DNA of 64,000 bases from Lama glama (Eukaryota): positions 12,774,001-12,838,000 of the forward strand of contig CM052818.1 of NCBI GenBank assembly GCA_028534125.1, written 5' to 3'. Shown piece after piece: positions 51,701-64,000 of the stretch; position 1 is the stretch's first letter; the number at the start of each line of letters is the position of its first letter. The translations under genes and the position numbers were made by a program. The notes beneath the pieces are model-generated. The model was not told the DNA's origin. It saw nothing but the letters and a program-made list of their open reading frames with translations, and searched no databases.

Positions 51701-53489
51701 GCATTTGCCTCACATTCATACTGGAACTTCATATCATAACAGAGCCAGAAAATTGCAGCAATTGATTATGAAACAAAGCCCACTATGTATGCAAAATTTC
51801 CTATTTTCAGTTGAATACCTGTCTATGTAATCCTGTCATAGCTAATGCACTGGACAGTCTTTCATACCCAAAATAATATATCTCCCTCCCTGGGGCGAAG
51901 TCCAAAAACAGCATGATATTCAGGAATGTGCTACAGGCCAATAGCTAATTTTCAGTTGTTTCGTTTTTGTTTTTCTCATTTAACATGATAAAGTTACATG
52001 TACATCATTAGCTCTTCTTCTTGGAGTTAAAGAAAAAACATAGATGCTATTAAAACACCGTCAGGATGTTTTTATTTTTATTGCTATTATCATTATTATT
52101 ACTATTAAAAAGCCTTCGCCTTTCATTTTCACTAAAACCAAATAACCCCACCAAAATCAGTGTGTTTTGTAAATTATGCAATAAATATTCATTCTTAGAG
52201 CTGCTGCATCAAGCCATTTTCCCTGCATCCCTCCTTTAATGCACTTATAAAGAGCCTCATTTGAAGTAGGCTCTGACTTTATTCTCAATCTCATAGTCTC
52301 TGACAATTTTCAGTCTCAAAAAGACCACTGAGACACGTGAATTGAGCTATATATCAGCTCAGAGTGCCCAGCTTTTCTTCTGTAGTTTCATGGTTGCCGT
52401 TTATAATCATGTTACTTTCATTTTAATCCCTAATCCCGTGTCTCTTCTTCCTGTCTTGTCAAACAGAATCTTAGCTCAATCATATATTTAAAATGTTTTA
52501 CACTTTTCCATGGACAATGCACAAAGTTTGCAAAAATGCATCTGAAGAAGATCCTGTGCTCTTCTGGTTCTTACGAGTTTACAAAAAAAGGTACAGTCTG
52601 AAGAAATGTACAATCTATTCTCAATTATCAGTTTCCATGGATTTAGCAAGGTAGACTGTGCTCAATTTGCAAATTACTTTTAAAAGATAATTTTAACTCA
52701 GTTATTTGGAATTCTAGATGTGGTTCCTGCCACCAAGCAATCCTACTTCAAGTACAGCCTATGTTTATTGTTGAAGAGAAGGACTCCAAAAAATTGAGGC
52801 CTGACACCATTACCAAGGCCCTAGAAGCTTCTGGGGGCTATGGATGTTCTGGTAGGAGGATGAAAACTTAGAAGGGTGTATGGGTTTTGGGGGAATGATC
52901 CCATGGATTCATACATGCAGACTTATGGGGCAATGTATCCAATGCACCAGTGATAGTAGGAGTGTAGCCCTAGCAGAAGGGATGCAGGACGCCAGGCATT
53001 TAGTGGCACAGCAGGGACTTCATATTAAAAAGTTGGAGTTCCTTGCGAGAGTTGATGGGCTTTGCGTGTTAGCCAACGGAAAATGTAAATTATGGAACAC
53101 TCTGTGTTTCCATTATTTGAGGCACTTAACTTGAAAATGTAATCATACTCTGATGTTTGCCTAAACAAGGTACATGTTAAAATCTAAACCAATATCAAAT
53201 TTAACTATTCTTAAGTCATCGCTAATGAGTTTTCCTTGCGCTTTCTTTCTCATGGTAGAATGATATTGCCACATACGCAGTATTTTGTTCTTTCTGAAGT
53301 ACTTCATACCTACTGTCTACTATGATATTGGACTTACAGAAACTTTTGAAGATGTAAGGATGACTAAAATGCTGTGTTTGCTTTCAAAGTTCCCATTAAA
53401 GTATGTGAGATACTGAAGTATCAAGAAGTAATTTATAATGCAGGATGAAATGTGATAATAACTGAATATATAACTTAGTAATTAATCAT

Positions 53490-53690
53490 AATAATAACAG
53501 ACATATTTATTGAGTCCTTACTGTATAACAAGTACTCTTCTATTTTTTTACTGAATCCCGATAACTATCCAATGATGGAGACACTTACTATTATTTTAAA
53601 TATGAGTCCTCGGTTAAGGCACAGGGAAAGAAAATAACGTATTCAAGGTAACACAGCTCCTGAAAGATGGTGTTAAGCACTCTGGCTCCT
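53490..53690 (-). mobile_element. MIR SINE
   Basis: ataataacagacatatttattgagtccttactgt...aaggcacagggaa...tcaaggtaacacagct. Confidence 0.75.
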
Positions 53691-53699
53691 AAGCAGAGA

Positions 53700-54310
53700 C
53701 CTCAGTTCAGAAGAGGGAGTGATTCATCTCTTCTCAGGGAGAGTTTTGAAAGATGAGTAAAAGTCAGCAGGGTCAATGGGGCATGAAACCAAGGGGCTGG
53801 AGAAGAGTGTTTCAGGGAGAGGGAGCAGCCTGAGAAAAGACACAGAAACCAGATAGAATCTTGAAACTATAAATAGTTCAAAAACTCTAAATCTAAAAGT
53901 AGGAAGGAATAAATAGTGAAAGATGCAACTGGAGAGCTGAGCTACTGAATGAAGCTTGAATGGCTTTCGAGGAGTTTAGGCTGAAGATTAAGGGGGACAG
54001 AGAACTTTGTATGGGGAGGAGTGAAGTGCTCATGGGGGTATTAATGGGAGTGGGGGCAGATCCAAGACAAGGAAGAGCAATGGGCCTGTTGCACTCTCCA
54101 GCCGAGAGAAGATGGGGTTTGAAGAATGTGGGTGCAGTGATGATACAGAAAAGGGGGCAGATGCAAAAGGAATCTCAGAGGAGATAACAGGTTTCCACAG
54201 TCTGCTGAAGCAGACCAGACTGGCTTCAAGAGTTCACTTGGGTGACTGTGAAGATGGTGGTACAACTGTAAATAATTAAGTGCTGGTGACATTATTTTCA
54301 TTGAAGACAT
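53700..54310 (-). mobile_element. L2 fragment
   Basis: gagttttgaaagatgagta...tttcagggagagggagcagcctgag...gaagcttgaatggc...ggagtttagg. Confidence 0.6.
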
Positions 54311-57049
54311 AGAAAATGGAACACAAATAATGACCTGCTTTAAGTTTTTTTGAAAGTAAAAGCAAATGCAACTTTGCTGACATACTTATCTAATAGCTTG
54401 GAAACTATGACAAAACTGCAAAGGAACAACACATCACCATTATGCCAAAATAACCGTTTTTACAGTGCATTAGTCATCATTATATAAGAGCTTCTTTCCC
54501 CTCCTTTTAAGGGCTTACATTAAATAACACCAATTCTTAGTTTCTTTATCCACAAAATAAAGACACACCATCTGTAATACCACAATCATCTCACGCAGTT
54601 TTGCAGCCTTGGCTCTAGAGGTGATTTCGTTTTCTGTCTGTGGATCCCCAGTCTCTCCTGAGGACAGGGCCAGCATCAAATAAAACACCCAACACGTTCA
54701 TATCAGGGCTCAAGGGGCCCTTCTATGGAGGTTTGTGGAACGAAATTTAAAAATTAAGACGCCATGAAACTCAGAAATTCTCCACGGGATTCTGTTAAAT
54801 GCTTTTCGATTATATGCTAATTTGTTTATTTGCTTCTGAAAAAAATCTGGGATGAGTACTTATAAATCCTGAGAAGAATCAATCATGAGAAAACTTACCC
54901 CTTACCTTATTCAGATACGATAAGGAATAATTCATTTTAATTTGCTTAATTGATTTTATGGGTGTGGACCCTGGATGAAGAAGGAAGTTTAATTAGAATA
55001 AGATGTAATGATCCAGGGAAAAGTGAAGGACAAATCATAAAAATAAAACAAACAAACAAACAAAAAACAGAAATCTCATTCACATTGCATTTGGAAGATG
55101 AATATCTTGCCCCTTCCCAACAAATTTCAAATCTGTACTTTCATAAGTTCCCAAAGCACTAATACTAATACTAATCTGAGCCCACCAACTCAAGAGTTTA
55201 TAGACCTTCCAAAGGTATCAGATTAAAATAAGACTGGTCTAATCAACCAAGCAAGCAAACATTTCACCAATTCAAATAACGTTAGTCAGCATAGTGATTC
55301 GCAGACAACAGGTGTTCACAGCCATAAACCAAAAGTGGCATAGCCCAAACTGTTTCTGTACCAGATTGAAGGCCAGCAATTTGTCTGTGTGTGTATATAT
55401 ATATATATGAGTATTCTTTATCCAAGTGTTTTTAAACACTTATACTTTTCCTCTAAAAGACTTAACACACCCAGAGGGAAACTTACTGAAATATATTAAT
55501 CAGAGACACTAAATTGGGCAGTTCTGCTTAAAGACTGTCCCTGCCACCAGTAAGAGGCAAGGAGTGTACTATTTCAAATCTCATCAATATAGCTCAGAAA
55601 TCTAAGAGTATCTTCCTAACAAGATACTTGGGTTCAGAAAAGTAAACCCTTAATAGGCACTGTCAACAGAGTTTGGCTAAAAAAAGAAGAAAAGATATAT
55701 GCGTGTACATTTAATTTGTAAATTAAAAGCTCTTCCGCTGCTGTTACAGAGTAAAGAAAAGCAATACTTAATCTAGTTGATAATTCTAGATACCACTAAA
55801 AGGCAATACAGATGAAAAGCAGGTAACAGACGTCTGTGGAAGTACAGAATATTTTATTATATGCAAGAGAATACGTGGGAGTTTTTTTAAAGTCTATAAA
55901 AAATGAATTTTGGACAGTGTTAAGTCTCTGCGAGCACATTTGTGGTATTTATGTAAGGTATATATAATTTTGGGCAAACAATAAGCACACAGGAGGGAAG
56001 ATCTTTTTATTTCCAAAATAATTTGATGGATTAAGAGCTTTACATACCTTAAAATGCTTCCATTCTAATTTTCTCGACCAAAATTTCATTTACATATGTA
56101 ATAAAACATTTAGCAATACAAAAATAAACCCAACTCTCACTGAAACATTTGTGAGGAGGAAATCTTAAACACATTCAGAAGACAATGAAGCAGCTGTACG
56201 ATCCAGCAGTTATATATCTCAATATGAGATTAAAACTCTTATTCCCAAACCCTTAACTGAGCCAAAAAAGTCAATGACAGGAAAGAGGGGGTATCGTCTT
56301 TGGCAGTACACAAAGGATCAGCAACCAAAGAGGCTCAAATCTTTCCCCGCTAAGGAGGGGCCTCTAAAGAGTTCTTAGACTTTCAATCTTTATTGTTGCC
56401 TTTGGATATCTAGTTACATGCTCAAGACAGCTCCTCCTTTATCTAAATGTTTCTTTAGCATTAACTGCCTGGACAGTAATATTATTTCACCTCATTCCTA
56501 CACCCTCACCCCCAATTGTTTATTAACACTGGGGGAAAAATTCAGGCATCTGGGAGGTGTCAGCCTGTCACTCCCACAGTGACAGAGCAGCTATAAATGT
56601 TGGCAGTGATGTGACTTGCCTTGCAATAAAAATCTGTCTCCTACAAGGCACACAGCAATATACAAGTTATATATCTAGCCTGAGTTGTCAACAATGAAAG
56701 GAGAGGCTGGTTTATGCGCATTTAAGGGTATTTACCTTTATCAAACAACTTTGATTGGTTTTCCACGGGGCCCGATTTTAAAGGATCTAGAATTGTAACT
56801 TGTTTTGATAACTTTGTTTTTAATTTACCAGTTCTGTTTTACAGAGACAATCAAAAAGATTAAGACTTTGGACTTCTAAGATGCTGATACCCAAAAGTTT
56901 TCCAGACAGAGGATTATAAATCAGCATGATTAGGGAGGTATTCCCATGCTCTGATATCAGTCTGGAGATAATCGTTCTATACATTTCTATTTTACATATT
57001 AAAATTTATAAAGCACTTTAATGTACACAATTTCCTGTGATCTTCGAAG

Positions 57050-57400
57050 ACAGAAGACAGTGCAGTATAGACAGAAAAATCATTAAACTGAGCAGCAAGA
57101 TACCCAGATTCCAGGAATGGTCATATTATGGTAGAAATCTGAGTTCTTGTAAAAGTCACTGTATCTTTTCAGGCCTGCTTCCTCTTTTGTAAAAATAAGA
57201 GCATTAGACAGATGGCAACTAAGGTCCTAGGTAATTCTAACATTCTGCTGTTCAAGGTAGAACAGACATATCTCTTATTGAGTAAATTTCCTTGTTCCAC
57301 TCTAATGAGAACAGAAGGCTAGGAGAGTTTAAGTGATGTGGTCAAAAGCATATGTCTAATTTAAGTGTCAACCCTAGCCTGATTCCAGACACTTGGATGA
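57050..57400. mobile_element. MIR/MIR3 fragments in opposite orientations
   Basis: aagtcactgtatcttttcaggcctgcttcctcttttgtaaaa...aattctaacattct; atgagaacagaaggctaggagagtttaagtga. Confidence 0.65.
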
Positions 57401-60400
57401 GGCCTCCGTTAAGCTACCCCACCACTCCACAGAACCAGTAAGAAGGTCAGCTTTTTTTGTACAATCTTGTTCAATGAGCATATGAATTACACATAAGATG
57501 GTTTTCACATATCCCATCATCTGTAACCTATATAATGCATAATCATTCGATTTATTGCCACACTGAAATAGAAAACGATGGTGGGTTATCCTATTATTTC
57601 ACACTGCACAAGTAAGAAGTTTTTCTTACTTTTGGTTTTCTCTACATAGAAAAGAAAACTGGGGAAGGAAGGGAGAAATAATGGATATAAGGTTTAAACC
57701 TACTTTTTAGGAGTGCAATAGACAATGTGAGTTTAATAGAAGACTACAGCATTCAGTATCTTAAAAGTTGTATTTGAATCCTGTCCATCCAACTATAGCT
57801 AGAATCAGCTAATTAAAGTGTAAAAATTGCTTTTTAGGTATTACTTACATTAAGCCCATTTTTCTCTCCTGGTTGGAAGAAATGACTTAGGAATCTGGTT
57901 TTACTTGACTGTAGACCAATATAGATGTTCTTTTAAAGCAAAAACAGCCGACTGACAGACAAAAATCACTATATTCTCAAAATCTCTATCTTTGCCTTCC
58001 ATGTTTGAACTTGTACTAAATAGATTTTACTTTTTAAGGCTTTTTGAGAAAGAAAAGATTGTTGCATCATAATACAACTGTCCCATAGACAATTCAGTTT
58101 ATTTCCCCAAGATCTGATTATACATGCAACTCTCTTAGCATTTCTTCCTTCATGTGGAAAGATACACCCACCTTCATTCTGAGATTTAATTTACTTTGAA
58201 AATTGATTTCATTTAACATGCAGCATGATCTCAATATTTAATAACTATATTAACAGGAATTGATATACTTGCTGAACAATTCTGCTAAAAAGCTAGAAAT
58301 CAGGTATCTTGTTTCTATAAAATGTGAGAGGGTACAAAATATACTGAGTTGTAAAGTGTAATGGAGCTGAATAGAAAAAACTTAAAAATAAATTAGCTGC
58401 CATCTAATGCTTAAGAAAATGACTGCCTGGGATGTATTTTGAATTTCTTTTAAAAGAAACTTACCCCTGTCATTTGGTACAATCTCTAAGTAGAATGTAG
58501 AGCGAGACATAGGATAAAAACTCACTACAACAGGGTACCACATTTTTCATAGTACAAGGAAATCATAATGGATGTATTACCAATAGCTGGATTATTTTCA
58601 TTAATTGGTTTTCATTATGTGAATTATGATGCTAGAATTTGTACTAGTTATGACAGACTAAAACACGCAGGACTTGGCAACCTCATTTTCTAAAAGTCAA
58701 TCATGAGATGGAAGGCAGTGGATAGATCATGAATTCTGCAAGAGTGAGCAAAGTGGCCCAGTTGAACAGCTTCTCCCCAGGCAAGGACCCTACCCAATGA
58801 AACTGTATGACACCAGACACCACGCTGACAGCCTGGGGCTGTGCCGCCAAGAGGGAGTGACAACAAGTCACTGTTAGATTTCCACATGAGTAAGGACACT
58901 TCCCAATTCTTTTGCAAAGAGCTGACAGATCTGATTATAGCGACAGGCTGCCCACCGCAAGGAGAAATTGATGCGCACAAGGAAATTGCTATGGTTTTTG
59001 GAGCCCCATTGTAAACAGGGAATGCTGATTTCTGCCACACTGGGGTGGGACAGGATTGCCAAAGGTTGTCAGGACAGATGGTACTGATCTTTATTTAGAG
59101 AATTCAGTAACTTTCTTTTAAAAAAGGAAGCCATCAAAATCTATTTTGTATAATCCCTGGGTAGAATGTAAAATGGAACTTCAAAAGTAAGAGCTGCCAA
59201 TTTGCCTTGCATAGCCCTTTATGTTATAGATGAACAAGTGGTCAGTTGACAAAAAGTTTTTTACCTCCCTGCAATGTGTCATAAACCTTCCAATCTAAAT
59301 ACTGGTTTACCAGAAGGCCTCTGAGATCTAAGTTAGCAGAAACTCAACACCTTGGTAAGAATTAACTGTCAGTATTTTACATTGTGATTTAGAGAGAGCC
59401 AGCTGATTAGATTAAGGTAACTCCTTGAGTGTGCGCAAGGCAGTTAAATCAAGAAGAAAAGCAATGAGGAATGATTTGTCAACTCGAAAACTTTGTGGTT
59501 ATAAAAAATGTTGGAATGGAAAAGAATGATATAATGTCAAATGCACACAGAGGGCTGTAGTTTGCATGGCATCTAAAATAAGAAAGAGGAATGGGAGAAT
59601 GAGGATTTATAAATATTGTTCCGTGATATCCAGAAGGAATGGTGCTCTGACTCTATCAACTGGCACTGATTCACTAGGCAGTAAAAACTTCGAATGTGGA
59701 AAAGAGCAAGTCACTATGTTTCCCGGTGTTTCCCAAACTGTGTTCCCTGGAGCACAAGTTATTTGATTAAAACCAAACAAACAAACAAAAATGTTCATCA
59801 TCTAGTAAATGTAGAAAACACTGTATGCTGCATACTCTACTTATGGACTGATAATGGACATTAGCATATTATGACCTCTAGGAAAACTTCTGACCAAGAA
59901 AACTTGTTAACTTTGCTTAACCAAATTTTTTTCAAATTTACTTAACCATATATGTGTCTAGACTCCCCAACACCAAACAGCTATTATCTTTCCAAGAAAC
60001 TATGATCTGTGACACATTATGTTGAAAAGATTCTTTATAAACCATTTCTTTTGCCCTAACTGCATATTTAGCAAGCATTTCTATGATCAAAATGTGGGAT
60101 TTGGTATGGACCTACCTGTAAAGCCCACACAGAAAGCCTGTTCCAGATTTCAGGCCAGACATATGTTCATCTCCTTCTCCAGAGCCTTCCTGTTGCCAGA
60201 TTAATTTCTAAATGGACTCTGAAAACAATAACTGAGCTCCTGAAGCACAGTTTTTTTTATTATTATTTTCAGATTTCCTGTCTCTGCATAATTATTTTCT
60301 GACTCCTTAGGAAAAACTGGATACATTTAGAGAAGGAGAAATTTGAACAATTCATTCCAATAGTTAAAAAAAAAACGCAAAACACAGCCTATTAAGACTT

Positions 60401-60604
60401 TATTTATGAGGGAGGAAGAAATGGTCAGGAGAAAAAGTAAAAGCTACAAATTGCCTGTTTATGCAGTCTGGACTCCATAGTGTATCTTAGTGCAGCATTT
60501 CTTAACTATAGGTCTCAACCTGTTAAGAGTGAGTAATGCCCAACTAATTGTAACTCATAATAAAACGCAGGAATGTGTGAATTACAGCCTGATGGTTAAA
60601 CTCC

Positions 60605-60832
60605 CTGGAGATGGCACACATTTTTTTAAAGGGCCAGAGAGTAAATGATTCAGGCTTTGTGGGGCCAAGAAGCAAAACTGAGGATATTACATACTTACTA
60701 ATATAACCATTTAAAGTATAATCAATTAAAAAATGTAAAATCCATTCTTGGTTCATGGGCAGTAAAGTAACAAAAACAAAAACAAGGTAGCTGGTCCAAT
60801 TGAGCCTAGAGGCTTTAGGTCACCAGTCCCTG
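60605..60832. mobile_element. MER58C/D-like MITE
   Basis: tttttaaagggccagagagtaaatgattcaggctttgtggggccaag...aaaatgtaaaatccattctt...cagtccctg. Confidence 0.75.
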
Positions 60833-61070
60833 GTTTAGAGCATGGGCTCTGGAGTCAGACGGTTGGAGTCCTGGCATTGCCCATAATCAGCAGTGAGACT
60901 GACCTTGGGAAGTACTTAATCTCGTTCTTTCTTAGCTTCTTCATCTATAAAATGAAGATGATAGTACCATCCCCTATCTCAACTGACGGCTGTAAGGATG
61001 ATTTAGTTAATACCTGTGAAGTACTAGTACCCTGCTTGACAATGAGTGCTCAGTAAATGCTTACTATCAC
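60833..61070 (+). mobile_element. Near full-length MIR SINE
   Basis: agagcatgggctctggagtcagac...gaccttgggaagtacttaatctc...tcatctataaaatgaagatgatagtacc...gagtgctcagtaaatgcttacta. Confidence 0.92.
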
Positions 61071-61700
61071 TTTTTAAACAGAGTAATTCATATTAGTCCA
61101 AATATTAACAGACCCTGAGATGCCACTCAGCTATTCAAATGATAAAATCAGAGTGCCAGGAAACCTGGGGGATGTGGTGAATATGTGAGGTTACACCATC
61201 ATATGTGACACTCTGCAAAAGCAGTAAGAGCCACTGACCTAGCAGATTAGGTTATTTGGGTTCTAATTATAGTCCTGTCCTGGCTCTTACGAATGTAAGA
61301 TGTATCTCAGTTCACCCAGCCACAAAACAGAGTTAGCAATACTTTATAGTTCAGGAAGTATATGAGTGAAAGAAGATATTAGGTTTAAAAGTATTACGGA
61401 AAAGAACTATATGTTCCAGACAGTAGTAAAGCATTTACTGTAACTTGGATGTTTCTCTGTTTACTCTAGAAAGCTTCCAAGTTTTGTAGTAGATCTGAGA
61501 AGAGAGCTCCAAGGAGAGAGATGGTCCATATCACGTTGGGGGCAAACCCTCAACTGTGGATTTGCCTTCTGAACAGGCAGCGAGGCTGAAAAACCTCATT
61601 GAGCATGCAGCCTGCTGTCTCAGGATTTTTATGGTCTGAATACTGAACTGAGCCCAAATGTCTATGTCCCCTCCAACTTAAAATATTTTAAAAAATGGAG

Positions 61701-61738
61701 ATATATAAATATAAATATATATATAAATATATATATAT
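61701..61738. repeat. (TA)n-rich microsatellite
   Basis: atatataaatataaatatatatataaatatatatatat. Confidence 0.9.
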
Positions 61739-61779
61739 GATCCAGTGAGATGGTAACTTCAGAGCCCACATCACAGATA

Positions 61780-63100
61780 GGAAAAAGCAGGAGTAAAAAA
61801 GATAGACCTAAAACACCAGAGGCCCAATGAAGTATCAGAGAAATTCCAAACCTGGAGCCCACAGATCGACGAGGCAGGCATTGTGGTGACAAGAGAAGAA
61901 CTGCATTGAGCACTGCCAAGTTCACAGAGCTTGGTCTCCAACCTGCAGAGTGGATAAGGGCAGTGTCTTCTGCCCGTAGTCTGATGCCCTGAAAACCGCT
62001 GTCTGAAAGCCTGTGGACCATCTGTCCAGGGGGGACTCAGTCTACATGGGCACTGAAAGGCAAGAGTAGCCTCTAAAAAGACAGAAAATCAAAAAGGATG
62101 GCTGCCTAATAACTAAAGCAGTTCTGTGAAGTATCAATTCAGACACGGAGGAAGCCCAGGCACCAAAGAAGCAGCACAGCTATCCTATGTAATTTATAGC
62201 TTCTGGAGGGACAGAGAGCTCTCACACTAGGAAGGCAAACCCAAGCACACACTGAGCCCTGCACCACATCCCTCCCCATCATAAGCAGAGGCAAGCCCTG
62301 TAGGAGGATAAACATGAGAGAAAAGCTGAGACACAGAAAGGTGAGATCCAGAAGTTTCAAGGCCCATCAATTATGTGTTTCAGGGTGACAAATTCAAAGG
62401 AAATGGACAGGAAGGAATAATAATAAATAAAGTCAAATAAAAACCCAAGTCTGATGATTGAATATAGTGTGAGTACAAAAGAAACCAGCACTGACAGACA
62501 TATTATGGTGAATTTTCCAAAATTTAAATAGAAGAGAAGTCAACATTTTCTGTGGAGAAAAAGTAAAAAAAAAATCTACTGGCATGTGAACATCAAACTG
62601 TCATCAGAATTTTTGTCAGTAACAGTCTCCAGAAAACTATGAAATCATGTCTTCAATATTTTAAGAAAAATAACTTAAAACCAGTATTCAAGCATAAGAA
62701 CAGAATGAAAATATGCATAAGGATGTATAGGACTAAGAATATTTAGACTTTTTATAAAAATATTACTAAAGAGAATTTCTTTAAACAAAACAACAATAAA
62801 ATTTCAAGAGATGAAAGCATAGGAACAAAGAAATTTTAAAGAAAAATAAATTGATCTTTAGACCAGAAAAGGTGGCGAAGGTGGGACCCCTAGGCTAAAC
62901 CTAAAAATTGCACTTGCACAATATATGAGAAAAAATCAAAATACAGAATAAAAATCACAAATGATGTTAATAGGAGAGCTAGTAATGATGAAAGGAGTGG
63001 GACTAGTCAAAAATAGGTTGGCTTTTTATTTTCCATCTCAGTTGAAAGAAATCATCATTCAAATTTTTATGATCTAGTGAGTATAAAACTCTCCATCCTG
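61780..63100 (+). mobile_element. Very old L1/HAL1-like 5' end and ORF1 remnant
   Basis: A-rich + strand; catcaaactgtcatcagaatttttgtcagtaacagt...ccagaaaactatgaaatcatgtcttcaatattttaagaaaaa resembles the ORF1 C-terminal region. Confidence 0.5.
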
Positions 63101-64000
63101 ACCCATTGTTCATCTGTTTCATGAATGTACCTAAAGGTCAGTGAGATGGTAACTTCAGAGCCCACATCATTGCTTAAACCATAAGATGGTACACACACTC
63201 CCAAAATCCTGACTGGAGTCACAAGGGAGACATGTTCAACACCCACCACTCACTGTGAGCTCAGCTGGATCAAATGGAAATGAGATGGCTTTTTTATTCT
63301 AGCCTTCAGGTGAGCAGTAACTAAGACCAGAGAGAAGGATCTCCTTGTATGTTATCTCAGAGATCGCCTTCATTTTTAAAAATATAACACTGGAATGTGG
63401 ATAAAGAGGAGAAACAGCCCACCTTCATTATTTACTATCACATCACTCACCTTTATCATTAGAGATTTAATGGTGTACAAGACCATTGTGTATAGGACCA
63501 TCTGCTAAAAAATCATTAGATTCACTCATCATTGTTAGTCTTTGCATTAACAAGAAGATATTTTGATTTTTTAAAATCAATCTAGCTGCAGTAGTAAAAT
63601 CAATAAGAATCTTAACTAATAAGGAGTCCAGCAATGAGTTCTTAATAATACCAAATGCTTCTCACAGAGAGTCTTTGAGAAATAAATGTATACACTGCCT
63701 CCCAAGAGATGACAAAATAACTCTTACAAGAAGAATTAGCAATGACTAGAAATTTCTCATAAGGGAAGAATTATTCAGGTCTCCTAAAGGAGTTAAGTCA
63801 AGGCTAAAAGAGTCTGGGGTCAAAGCCTAGGATGGAAGATAGCCATTCTCACCTCCATTTTCATGAAGTAATGCTTCTACATGGGTCAGATCTCCATTCG
63901 CCCCAACTGTAAAACAGTGAGACACCCAGTCCTCTGTGGACAGATGAGATCTTTTTACTTCACCCCTATCCCATTTCCATCTCTTCCTTTTATCCCCATC

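Noticed and set aside
1..64000. CRISPR array, operon, phage/defence system, tRNA or rRNA, intact retroviral or transposase ORF
   Set aside because: No regularly spaced repeats, long ORFs or structural RNA signatures; the sequence is mammalian non-coding DNA.

Overview
Eutherian mammalian non-coding DNA: AT-rich, CpG-depleted, with a 500-N assembly gap at 21335-21834. I found no convincing multi-exon coding gene, RNA gene, CRISPR array or prokaryote-like system. The ORF track is noise apart from L1 ORF2 remnants. The window is a mosaic of L1, L2, MIR, hAT/Tigger DNA transposon fossils and MaLR/ERVL LTRs; all family names are from recall of consensus sequences, not from a search. The youngest L1 3' ends look cetartiodactyl, most likely camelid, and I saw no Alu, B1, Bov-tA, PRE1 or Can-SINE. 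The first ~33 kb is L1-heavy. The remainder carries only ancient repeats plus long unique blocks rich in HOX/PBX/MEIS/TCF/T-box-like motifs, consistent with a large intron (probably of a minus-strand gene) or a gene desert in a developmental regulatory landscape. The most notable oddities are a perfect 31-bp direct repeat 1.4 kb apart, a candidate 21-nt microexon, an L1 with a candidate short 3' transduction, a twin-priming inverted L1, and a CTCF-like site with an upstream motif. I cannot name the host gene and see no evidence of a novel biological system.
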